From NCBI GenBank assembly GCA_965153285.1, contig OZ229111.1: DNA of 64,000 nt. One strand, given 5' to 3'. Below the pieces are notes generated by a model, which saw only the letters and a list, made by a program, of their open reading frames with translations, was not told the origin of the DNA and ran no database searches. Positions 23,180 through 35,400 of this stretch are shown here, one piece after another (position 1 is the first letter of the stretch; the number at the start of each line of letters is the position of its first letter). The position numbers were made by a program, and so were the translations under genes. This stretch comes from Podarcis tiliguerta (Eukaryota).

Positions 23180-23482
23180 CTATTTGGGTGTGCCTGGCTT
23201 CTTGGGGGTGCCTGGCTTCTTGGTCTGCCAGAGGTGTCCTTGGATGGTGAAGGCATCCACACTCATGGACATGGTCTTGCTGGGAATCTGCGTGAAGCGC
23301 TTACGGTCAGAGCTGTACTTGTAGATGCCCTCGATCATGGCCAGAGTGATGGTGCGCGGCCCGTAGCCTGCCAGGCGCGTCAGTTCCTCCGTCTCTGGCG
23401 ACAGGGTGTACAGCGCCCGGAACTGGCAGCTCGAATCACGGAACAGGATGAGGAAGTGATTGGCTTTGCTCTTCTCCACTTC
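23180..23482 (-). CDS. CAMSAP3: CAMSAP3 last coding exon (CKK domain)
   Basis: EVEKSKANHFLILFRDSSCQFRALY...KKPGTPK then TAG. Confidence 0.95.
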   Translation of the reverse strand, partial: EVEKSKANHFLILFRDSSCQFRALYTLSPETEELTRLAGYGPRTITLAMIEGIYKYSSDRKRFTQIPSKTMSMSVDAFTIQGHLWQTKKPGTPKKPGTPK

Positions 23483-26400
23483 CTAAAATGGAGGGGGGCA
23501 GGGAGGAAGATGCGTGTAAAACAGGAGTAAGAATCAAGTCGAGGCACATAAAACATTCCAACATTAGAAATGTCTGCAGAACCAACAACAAACACATACA
23601 GTTCTAAGTTCTTGTGAGCCAGCAGCTGTCACACATGATTTTCTTCATCTCCACTGAGAAAAGGGAGACTTCTTCAGAGGCTAGAGGGCTCTCCTACCTT
23701 CTGCCAGTACGGTTCAACTGCCACTAGGCTCACAGCCAATGAAGGTGACCAAACACCTTTGCACATGGGGTTCTATGATTAACATCTCTCAGTGGTGCAG
23801 CCAGTGTGATGCTTTTATGCCACTATATTCTAACAGCGGAAGGTGAGGCCTGGCTGTATTAAGCAAAGCTCATGCAGATTCAGGAGCTGGAACCAACATG
23901 ATCTTCCAAATTCACAGAGATCAGAGGAAGATATCTACATGATGTGCACAGTTCAGCAAGTCGAGGGCGAAGGATGCATCTTGCCCAGCCCACAGCCATT
24001 TAACAACCTGCCACCCCACCGCATGTTATTGCCCCCTCAGCTTACCTCCAGGATGCGATTTTTCTGGGGTTCATTGACTTTGCCAGCAAGGCAGCAGTGA
24101 GACAGTGCATTGTGAATAATGTACTTATTGGACTTGGCACTGGGCTCCTTGTACAGCTTGGGCCCTGCAGAGAGAAGAAGAGTTCAGCAGAGAAGACAGG
24201 CTCACGAGGCTCCTTAAGGAAGGCAGCCCTGGCAAGACAAACAGAGATGCTTCACAAGACAAAAGATCTGGAGGTCTCTTGATGCCCTTGCAGAGCAGGC
24301 ACCAGATCAAGACACTTTGCCAGTGCATTTGGAGAAGGAGATCTAGCAGAGCCCCCTCTGTAGTGTCACAGGAGGAAAGCTGGAATTTTCTGGAAGGGAG
24401 GACTGAGACAGCAAGAGGTTTACCTGTGTACTCTGGAATGGAGGCTGGCGAGGAGGCGGTCGATGCGTTCTCCCAGTCACGCTCCCGGTTCTGGTTGGAC
24501 AGCAACCGACTGGGGGACATTGGCCCGGAAGGAGACGCAGCTCTGCAAAACAGAAGTGCTCACCCTTAACTTCTGCAAGCGCAGCACAAACCCATTTTCC
24601 TTGGGCCTGCTACTAGCTAGAAGGCCAACCCAAATCCCACCCACCCTAGAGCACACTGCCAGGGTTTCTGCATCTCCCCTATGCCCTCTTAATGCGTTAG
24701 AGTAACAAGGCTAAGGAGAAGTACTACAAACTCACCTAGAAGACCTCTTGATGGAGAGCGAGTTGCCAGGATCATTGGCCACTGTAGAAAGCGAGAGAGT
24801 CGACTGGGAATACACCTTGCTGAGCTTGGAGCCTAGGAATAGGCAGACACATGATCAGGAGATGGGGGCAAAGTTTACATGGCCACAGCTGTCCCTTTCC
24901 TGAACCACGGTCCCTTTGCATTCTAGCGCCACCGTGACACATGGCAGCTGCGTTTACAAGTTTTCCGCCGCCCTGCAGAGCGTGCCCAGCTCCTCTCCCA
25001 ACTAGCCACAGCTCTTACCAAGGAGGCCTTTCACGGGGCTGCGCGCGAGGGCAGAGTCATCACAGAAGACGGTCTTGGGCCGCCCCTTCTTGAGGGCGCG
25101 CACAGTGGTGGGCTTCTGCCGCAGCACCTTGTCCAGGTCCTCCATCAGCTTGAGCTGATGGCGCCGCTGGTATTCCAGGCGGGTGAAGTCACCGCGCCTC
25201 GGCCCCAACACTTCCTCCTCTTGCCGGGGCTGCTCCTCTGCCTGCCGCTGTCTGGAGAAGCACAGTCAAGAACAGAGCCAGAGGTTAAAAGTGACCACAA
25301 GCCCACCAGGCACAGAATCTGCTATTAACCCAAAATCCACCGGGCATTTTGTAGTTATAGGAGGAAGGATTCAACATCATACTAAAGTGCACTGCAGCTC
25401 AACAAGTGGGCTGATCTCTCCTCTCCAATTTGCAGGGGGGAAAACCCTGCTGTGCAAATGAAAGTCCTTACGCAGGGCTTCCTTATGCAGGGCTTCCAAT
25501 GGGACTCATCAAATGAATTCTGCCCTTGGTTACTCTTTAGGTAAAATGAATTAAGTTTTTCATCTGCATTCTGAAACCCACTCTATGGTTCCTTAGTGGG
25601 GGCAGGGGTATGGTATCCACGGACATGCCTCCCAGAACTACCCCTCTTCTCTGGCAATATGAAGCAACAATTGGAGGTGGTTGCATTCTCAGCTCATGGA
25701 TCGTAAGAGCCAGGTCCAGTAGGCACAACTGATGCCCTGTGTGCAAACCAAGAACATTCCCTAAAACGGGTCAGCAAACTTTTTCAGCGGGGGCTGGTCC
25801 ACTGTCCCTCAGACCTTGTGGGGAGGTGGACTATATTTTGAAGAAAAAAATGACCAAATTCCTATGCCGCGCAAATAACCCAGAGACGCATTTTAAATAA
25901 AAGCACACATTCTACTCATGTAAAAACTCGCTGGCAGTTTGGCCAGATCTGGCCCCCAGGCCTTAAGTTTGCCTACCCATGACCTAGAACAAGGTGGGGA
26001 CTTGTAGTTCAGCAGTATCTGGAGGGAACCGCATTGGCTATTTTTGCTCAAGAATCCCCTGCAAATTATTCCCATAATGTCCCAAGACAATGGTTCATCA
26101 GGTCAATGTGGGAATGTCAAAATGGTGGTTGGCTCATAAGCATCTGCCAGAGGTTACAGCGATTCCTCTGCCCTCTATACTACAAGCAGTGAGCCCTGCT
26201 GGGGGAAGGTGCAAGCAACAGACACTATTTCCTTTACTCACACACACCTCTGGTGCCAGCTTAGAAGAAAATCTATGGGTTGAGGGCCAGCAGGAACTTA
26301 TTTTGCACTAGACAATCTTGCTCACACGTGAATCTCATTCTAGGCAGCAGGGTTTGAAAGTCCTTGAAGATGGCACTCCAAGCAGTCAGAGTTCTTTCAC

Positions 26401-29400
26401 TTAGCTTTACATAAGATGGGCACATTTTGTTCCAGGAAAGATCCAGACACTGTCCTTGGAATAAGTGCGACCAATCTGCATATTATACCCTCATTCTGAA
26501 TGGCTAGGCCTTGAATCCTGCCCCTTTTGCCATGGAAGATTGAGTGAAAAGGGCCCCATTCACACAAGGCCCCACTGTGACATGAGAGCCGTTTCCACAC
26601 AATGGGAAATCCCAGTGCATCAGAACCAATACAAAACAAAAGAAGTGTCGGTGTAGCATGGGAACTGGAGAAACCAAATAGAGCAATTGGGGGGGGGGCA
26701 CTGGAAGCACAAGGCCTCCCACCACAGCAGAAGCACCTACCATGGCCATGCCTACAAGGAGGGCCAAGGACCCTGTGGCTTCCCCCATCCCAATCTCACC
26801 TTGCCTCCTCCTCTTTCTTCTCCTTCTCCGCCTCCTGCCATTGCTTCCTGCGCTTCGCCTCCTCAGTGCGTCGCTGCTGCCTCTCTAGGAAGCTTGCGCG
26901 CTTCTGCGCCATTTCCTCCTCAGCCTTCGCCTCATCCTGAACAAACGCAGCGAGTCAGTAGAGAGAAAGGGTGGGTGAGTCCTCTAAGATGCAGGGTCAC
27001 TTTTCACTTTCAGGACAGGAGTCACGCAGCAGCCAGGCCTGTCCTTATGGTTGGCTACAATGACAACTGGATGCTGAACTAGATTGGTCGGATCCAGCAG
27101 AGCTCTTGGGTTTTTTTTCTACCTTCCTCTGGACTGGAGCCAACTGCTCTCAACCCCTCTGGAAATGCCACTCCATGTATCCTGTGTGATCCTTCCACCC
27201 ATAGATATGGCTTGCCCAAAATGGGGTTCCTAGCACCTAAGATAGGATCCGAATCCCAAGGGTAGGTGATAGAGAGAAGGAAAAAACTTCACATGATTTA
27301 TCGATGCCTGGAGGTCCCAGGATTATCGAGCCTCAGAATGAGGTCCAAAACTGGCAGAAAGCTCAGGAACTGAGACCTCAAACCCCCACTGCAAATCCCA
27401 AGTCAACCTGGCAGAGGTCATTCTGTACATGACCCACACTCCATCCTCTCTTCATTTGAGGCTGAGCTCTGCTTCTAGAGCTCATGCTTATGGTCCTATC
27501 TTTGGGCCAGTCCAAGATGCTGCAGAGATCTGCATCGCCACTAGAGAGCAGCAGCAGCTGGTGTGATTTAAGCTGGTGCAGTAGAAAAAACACGTCTGAA
27601 AAAAGATCTTCCCTGACCCACAAGGATCTCAGAAAGGAGATGCCCGTTTTAAGTTGCGTGCGCACACACACGCACACACAGTGTCTTTGTTCAGGCACTT
27701 GGCTTCAGCAACCCCACCTGTACTTTCTGCATACGCTTCTGCCAGTCAAACGGGGCCCCTTGGAATCCCTGTCCACTGCAGGCCGCCTACTCCTATTACC
27801 TTGAGCCAGCCAAGAAAGAGCGAAGCAGCACAGCCACCTGAAGTCCAGCCTAGCCCTGGCTGGCTCCAAGCGCCTAGCCATACCCAGCTGCCTCTTGCCC
27901 ATGCTCCAAAAGCTCTTCTATAAAAAATGCAGAATGCCCACCATGAGTGTTAGCAGTCTCCGCTTCAAGCGCCTACCTTGAAGTAGAAGCCCATGCCAGC
28001 CCGGGCCGGCTCAGAGTCCAGGGCCTCGGTGATGGATCCCTCCAGCGAGTCGTCGCCATCTGCATCGTCGTCTTCCTCCTCCCCCTTCAGGCTGGACAAG
28101 GGGATTTCAATCAGGCTGCTGCGCCGGTCGCTGGGCGAGGAGACGTCACTGGTGCCATCCCCCGAGACACGGCCATTGCCCCCCTGAGGGGGCACCGAGG
28201 CCACAGGCCGCAAGTTCCCCTGGGCCTCTGGCACGGGCAGCTCCTCGTCCTCGGCAAAATGGATGGAGGAGCGGGTCTGCATGGGCACCTGGCTGGGGGA
28301 AAACTTGCGGAGGTGCGGGAGGGTGTCCACGTTGTGGGGAGGCGTCAGGACCCGCGTGAGGGGGGGCAGCTTCAGCTCCACTGGCCGGGCGTGCCGGGGG
28401 CTCTTGGGCGGAGCCGGGGCGGGAGACTTCTTAGGGGTGGGCTGAGGGGAGCGGGACTTGCGGGAAGGGGAGGGCGACGGCGATGGGGAGGACAGCTCCA
28501 GGGAGGAGCGGGGAGGAGCCCCCTCACGGCCGGTCCTTGGGGCTGGGATCACCCAGGCCTGCACGCTAGGCTTCTTATCCAGCAGGAGGCGCTGCTGCTG
28601 ATCGCTCAGACGCTGCATGTCCAGCTGCAGGGAGCTCAGGGCGGTATTCAGCTTGGCCACCGCCCGGTTGTAGTCGCCCAGGTTCTCGTCCAACGCTCCG
28701 CCCTTGGTGATTTCCGGGGAAAAGGTCACCTGCTTGTTGTCTAGGCGGGCCCGAGGGCTTCCAGCCTCTTCCTCAGCCTCCAGCTGGGCAAGCCGCTCCT
28801 CGAGAGCGAGCCGGCCATCCTCCGACTGGCCCTGGGCATCAGGGGCCTTCTGTAGCTGCAGGAAGGCACTCTTGCCCAGGCGCTGGCGGTGCCGGGTGAA
28901 GATGGCCTCAATGCGCTTCTTCTGAGCCTCGATGGCCCGGCGCTTCTCCTCCAGCCGCGCCCCCAGCTGGCTCATCTCTGAGCTGAGGGCGGGGCTCTGG
29001 GCGGGGCTCTCGTCTGGCGGGACAGGCCCAACTTCAGAGCCCTCGGAGCTGATCCCACTGGACTTGCTGTCTGTTGCCGCCAGCTTCTTCTTGCGCTCCG
29101 CGAAGCTGGTCATGCGCACACCAGAGGCAGACGAAGCCGTGCTGTCGGGCTGCGAGCTCAGCGAACTGACACACGAGGTGGAGTCGTCGGGGCCACCTGG
29201 GGCTCGCGTGGGCTCCTCGGCATCTGAGTCTAAGCTGCCGTCCTGGGCTGGCTCGGCCCCATTGGGGGGGCCATTGTGGCAGCGGTAAACAGCTGCCATG
29301 GGTGCCTTTTCTGGCACAGAAGTTTTCGGCGGCTCCGGAGAGTGCAGGTAAAAGCCATCGGGCGCTCCCTCGGGGAGCAGGCGCTCGCTGCTGTGGATGA

Positions 29401-32400
29401 TCTGCAGGGCCTCCTCGATGGTAGGCAGGTCGGGGTAGCCGTCGCTCAGCCCGTTTTCCAGGGCCAGCCCCTCCTGGGCCTTGGGTCCAGCCCCGTGGAG
29501 CGGTGTTGTCACTAAGCCATTGGGGGCCTCAACCACGTCAGTGGACCGTGGGCGCGGAGAGCGAGGCAAGGAGGAATAGAGGGCAGGGGCCAGGCTGTCT
29601 GAGCTGACAGAGCGCAGCATGCCCACCGGGTTCCCCATCACAATGTCCACATCGCTGTCCAAGCCAAAGGGGATGCTGAAGGAGACCGCCTGCGACAACG
29701 GGTGGCTAGGGAAGCGGAGCAAAGCGATAAGATTAGGAGCAAAAGAAGGACGGACAAGCTGGGACATTCCAAGCCCACCTTCCACTCACAACCTGCTGGT
29801 ATTGCTTCTCACAACTCTGTATCCCAAGTCAGTGGATAAGCAGAGGTCTGGTGAGTTGTCCCCTCCTCTGGCCATATGAAATCCACCCCCCATGCTCCTC
29901 ACCTGAGCTGCTTCTTGCTCCATGGTTTACCAAAGCCCTCAACATGGGACATGGATGTAGAGTGATGCAGGGAGCCTAAGGACACAAAAAGGGCCCAAAT
30001 CAGAGGAACAAGAGAGCAGAGGAACAAGAAGATACAGCGGGGTTGTCCTAGAGACTTGGTGGCAGGAGTCAAGGCCCTCAACTCAAGGGGTGAGAGGAAT
30101 CCAAGCAGCTTGCCAGATGTTTCAGACTCCAGCTCCCCTCCCTCCCTGACCATTGTCCATGCTTGCTCTGGCTGATGGGAGTGAGAACCCAAAACATCTG
30201 GAGGGCTCCAAGTTGGCCCAGGCTGTCCTTGGGGGACAAAACAAGGAGGAGCAAGTACACAAAAGGAGAGCCACTCTGCTTTGACAAGGATCCTTCACAA
30301 AGCATGTGTTTGAAAGGAAACCAAAGGCCCACGAGGGCAAGACATCAGCAGCACAAACTCTGATGACGTCAGATATATCTTAGGCTATCTAGGGCCATCT
30401 CTTGAGGTGAGATGTAGATTAAAACCTGCCTTCACAGAATGATCTTTTCCCATGATAGGCCAGTTTACCCAGCACAATTTTGTGCATGCCTATTCACAAA
30501 CAAAGTTCCAGGTGTAAACCAGGAAGGAGGAACCTGCAGCCCTCCAGACATAATTGGACTACAACTCCCATCGTCCTTGGCCTTGGGCCATGCCAGCTGG
30601 GCCGGATGGGAGTTAGAGGAGATTCAAAGCATCCAGAAGGGCAGAGCTTCCCCCTCTCTGGTTGCACAAATTGCAGCCCTTATTGCCTTACAAGAGGTTC
30701 AATAGAGCTCACCCTTACTCATGCAATGAAATCTAGCATACTGCGCCTTTACCAAAGCATCTTAAAATTGTGCCATCTAAGGCAGGCATACTATGGGCTA
30801 TGTTGCTCTTGAGAAATGTGCAGCAGCTGCTGGGTAAAGCTGAACAGCTCTCCAGGACCAAGAGCTTGGGAAACCACAGAAACAAGCCCCTGGGGATGCC
30901 TACAGTCATGATCATGACGCCTTAAGAAGGACCTCCAAGAGACTTGCATGTGTTTGCTTAACCTTTTACCCCCAACAGAACTGAAGGACTCCTTTTCTTC
31001 CCCCACAGCTTGTATGTGGTTTGTATTGGCCGGGGGAGGGGGCAGAGACTAGACAAAGCAGCAGCACCTTACCCAAAGAACCACAGAGTGGAGACTGTGC
31101 CTGCCCTCCAGGCAGCAGTGGGTGGCGGAAGCTGAAAACTGGGGAGCTATTGGGGGGGGGGGGAGAGAGAGATGAGAACAAATTAAGAACATTGCTACAA
31201 AACTTGTTGTTACACAGAGAGAAGCAGATGCTGCTTGCACACTGGTTAGGTCTCCAGCCACAATCCAAGCAAAGTCAGCAGAGGGAAACTGGGTGCTGAA
31301 AGCTAGTCCTTTGAGGAAATAGGACTAGTTTGGTGTGGGTTGTTGCGTTTGTTTTTTTAAAGGGGAGGGGTGATAGAAACCCAAGAAGGAATTTGCACAA
31401 CACTAGAATCACTGCATTACATTATACGTGGAACATGTAGGCACTCTGCTAAGTGTTGATTCCGCTCATTCGTTTGGCAAATGAAGTGAACAGACTTGCA
31501 GGAACAAGTTCCTTTAATTTGCTGCCTAAAGGCATTCCCATAACTTGCACATGGGAGGAAAGCTGTGCCTACTTTAAAGATCAGAAGCTTGCCCAGTCAC
31601 ACCCCCACCCACCCACCTGCCCTGCAAGAAGAACTACAATTTCTGCTGGCCTGGAGCAAAGGGAGAGCAGCTGCTCTGGCCAAGAGTGCTCTCCCCTTTA
31701 CTCCACCAGTGCAACTCAATCCAGGTAAACCACGAAGACTCCCCTGATCAGCTGTAGCTGCTGATCAGGGGAAGGGAGCACCCGACTCACACACTGACAG
31801 TGCCAGGGACGCAGTTTTCTCCCCAGAGCAAAGGAAGGTCCAACCCTCCTGAAACATAAGGAGGCACTGAGCCACCACAAAAAACATAAGGAGCTCTCCC
31901 CACCCTGATTGCAGGAATAACTCCTTCCAGATCACGTTTCCCCAAAGACTGTCTAATATTAATATGTGGAGAGGCCTCCTAGGCAAGCAGAGGGGAAAAG
32001 TCAAGCTGTGGCACTTCGGAGTACTAACACATCTGAAGAGCAAGTTGCTGAGTGGAGGGTTTTTTTAGGAAAGCAAGGACTCTTATGTCAACAGCACAGA
32101 AATCGTGAAGGACCTCAAGGACTCTCCCAGACCTCTGCCAGCTGCAATAGCAACATTGCCCCTTTGAAGAGACAATATTTAGCTATTCCTAAAGGGATTC
32201 ATGGTTTTTGAGCACTACTGGGAAGGGCACAGTTAAGCCACCAGCAGCGTACAACTCCCATCATTCCTGACCAGCAGCCACATTGGTTGTTGCTGGTTGG
32301 AGTCCAGCAACATTTTCAGGGCCAAAGGCTCCTTGCCTGGAGTCCTCTGTCAGCAACATCATGGCTTGTGGACTTGCAGGTAGCAGTCTGGACATGACTC

Positions 32401-35400
32401 CCATCTAAGGCTTCCCAACAGCTTTGATTCATACACGGGAGACTGGCTAGCCACGCTGCCAGACAGGGAAGCTAGTGACAGCAACACACTCAGGCTAAAG
32501 CAGCTTTGTTTTATAAGCTGGAACTGGAGCTGACATGGCAGAATGCAGGGACCGTCCTCTTGGTGGGTGAAAAGGGAACTAGTGCCCTAGATAAGACAAT
32601 CCCTGGCATCTCTAGGTAGGGCTGGGAGAGGCTCCCTGTCTGAAACTACAGCTCCCATCATTCCTGACCAGATTCTGATAGCTAGGGATGATGGGAGTTG
32701 TAGTCTGAAAACAGCTGGAGACCCAAGTTTGGGAAACCCTGGTGTAGACAACATTGATAGAGGTGGGTCAATGGGGTCTGGTTCAGCATAAGGCAATTTC
32801 TCATGCTCCTACATCATCATCCATTTACAAAATCCTAGCTCTGGAATGAGGCACCAGAGAGAAAGAGCAGCCCACAGACACCTTCCTTGCAAAGCACAGC
32901 ACCCAAATCTGACTCCCAGCATGGGCAAGAGAGGGCAAGCCTGGTTTCAGGCTCCAAGTGGCGGTGGTGAGAGTAGCAGAGGCTCCCTTACCTGCTGTTG
33001 TTCCCACTGTTGGGCGTCAGGGAGTCATTCAGCCCAGGGGAATCTGGAAGAGAACAGCCACTTTACTGAACAAGCTGAGAGGGGAAGGGAGCAGAGAGCT
33101 CACGCTGAGGATTAAGTCACTAGAAGGTCAGGAAAGGGTGGGAATGCCAACCACGTGTACCAAAGGGCAGGAGAGGAACCTGCTCCCATCTCGGCTCACA
33201 CAGGAGGCCATTGTTCCAAGGCTGGAGCATGCCAGCTCCCAGCAGCCCATGCCTCTGCTCCACTTACTCAGTGGGACAACTGATTTAGGGCGGCAGGGGA
33301 AGTGTGACAGTGATAGGCTGCTATCAAATACCTGTGTGCACAGACGGGCTTTATAGCACAGCCTTTACTTTTCCTTATTTTTCAGGCATGCAATTTACCA
33401 CCTGATGTACAGAATGCACAATGGGGATTAAAGGTATCTTTTCTTGCAGCAAGACCAGAAAAGCGTTCGCAACATCAAAATGCAAACTTCCCAGGAAGGG
33501 CCAAGGTTTTAACAAGTATTTGGAAAAGCCGTGAACGCTGGTCAAGATAAAGCCAAGGCAAGCACAATCTAAATCCTGCAACAGGATCCATTGATGCTCC
33601 ACAGACAGAATATGTTTGTTCAATTAATCAGATCAAAGCGACCATAAGGTGTGAAACAAACAAACCAGTCACCTTTGGTTTATACCACGTAATATGGGAG
33701 GCATATGCTATACCCTCTTTCCATCTCCCCCTTAAAAGGAAGGGAGGACCTGATCGCCAATTATCTAGTTCAAAATATTGTACGAACTGTAACAGATAAC
33801 TTGTGGAAGACAAATTTCCTAAGGCTTTAAGAGAAGCTTTTCATTCTCAAAATTAAGAAAAAGCAGGCGCGTGAGCCCCAGATTTGCAAAATGTCTGGAA
33901 AGCATGCAACTAGTAATAATGTCTTCAGAAACAATTAGATACAGCTGCAATTAAGATGTTCTGCACTTCTTCCTTTCTCTCCCCATGTCGACTGTGCTCC
34001 CTCCTCTACTCTAATTATCCCAACAGCATTCCATATACTTCAAAAATCAAAATTCTCACGTTCAAAAGTATACAATTTATTATTTATTTTTTTTGCCATA
34101 CATGCTACAATTATTAATTGGGGGTGGGTGTTAAGTTATTCGGGAGTTGGGGGAGGTAGGTTGGGTTTTTCTGCCTGCTCAGCACAATGGAAATTATCAG
34201 CACATAGTATACCAAATACAAGAGTCTGCCCATAATGAATGTACCGACAAGTATCTTGCAATACTACACACCAAAAACAGCACAGCTCTGCAGGCTGGAA
34301 AAGGGCTGCCTCACTCCTATCCTGGGTTAGTTGCTCCTCAAGCTAACTGCTACCACTAAGGTATGGAGGGTGGGGGCAGCCATATCTCCAGCATCCTTAG
34401 CATCTTCAGGCAGGTCAGGGGGAAAGGCTCTGGACCTGAAACCCCAGAGAGCCACTAGCAGGCAGTTTACACACAACAAGGAGCAAGCTGAAGCAGTACG
34501 AGCCCGTGAACCTGGGCAGCTTCCTGGGTGCCACAGACATACAAGCACACCTGCCACCTTCTTACCTTGAAGTCCAGGCAGCTCCTTTGGGTGCACAAAG
34601 TCAGGCTTAAGCACCTCAAAGCACAGGAACAACTCTGCCAGGAACACCCCGACGTTTATCTGGGGAGGAAGGGCAATGAGTTAGCCAAATAGTCTCTGGA
34701 GGAAGCAGCCTTCATTCCCCTCACTTAGCCAGAGTTGGGTCCAGAGAACAAGGGGAAGGAGAGGACCTAGTCTCTGCTCCACCATCTCCATCTGCAGGTA
34801 GCACTCCTGAGAAGAACTCTTCCTGGTGCCTACAACGTCTCTCTCCTGACCCACCGCAATCCCCGCCCCCAGCACTGCCCTGCCACCCACTGCAGAAGGG
34901 CCTCATTGTTCTTGCACGATCAGCCTCCAATTAGTGCAGCCGGAGGCCTCAGCCAAGGCTCATTAGGGCCAAGGCAGGCTGGACGCTCAGACCAAACACT
35001 AATCCCCACTTGCTCCACATGAGCAGCCACACGGGGCACGGAGCAAGGCTTCCGTCTGCCGTGCCAGGGCTCCTTGCAAGCAGCTCCTCAGCCCCTGAAG
35101 CTCTCAGGGCTTCCCTTACTGCAGCCAGGACAGCCATGTTTTTATCTCTAGAGGTACAGAGGGGCTGGAGGACTGCCCCACCTCCTGCCCAGTCCCAGCA
35201 CTCACCCTCAGCATAGGCGGCATGTACAGCAGGTCCTCCAAGGAGAGGAAGCAGGAGCCGCCCAAATAGTCCGCAGAGAAGCCCTGGATCAGCTGCAGGT
35301 TGTACAGGCTGTCTGCCACCGACATGGTCTCCTTCAGGCACACGTCTACCGGGCAAGGGAAGCACACAATAGCCATCAGCGTGCGGGGTGCATTCGTATG

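Noticed and set aside
23180-23222. KKPGTPKKPGTPK repeat at the CAMSAP3 C-terminus
   Set aside because: A similar double TPK ending is present in human as I recall, so it is not novel
27947-29288. Long plus-strand ORFs (265 aa, 118 aa)
   Set aside because: Antisense shadows of the GC-rich CAMSAP3 exon
34327-34565. ORF continuing past the 34566 donor
   Set aside because: Intronic read-through with no homology; GTAAG donor is strong
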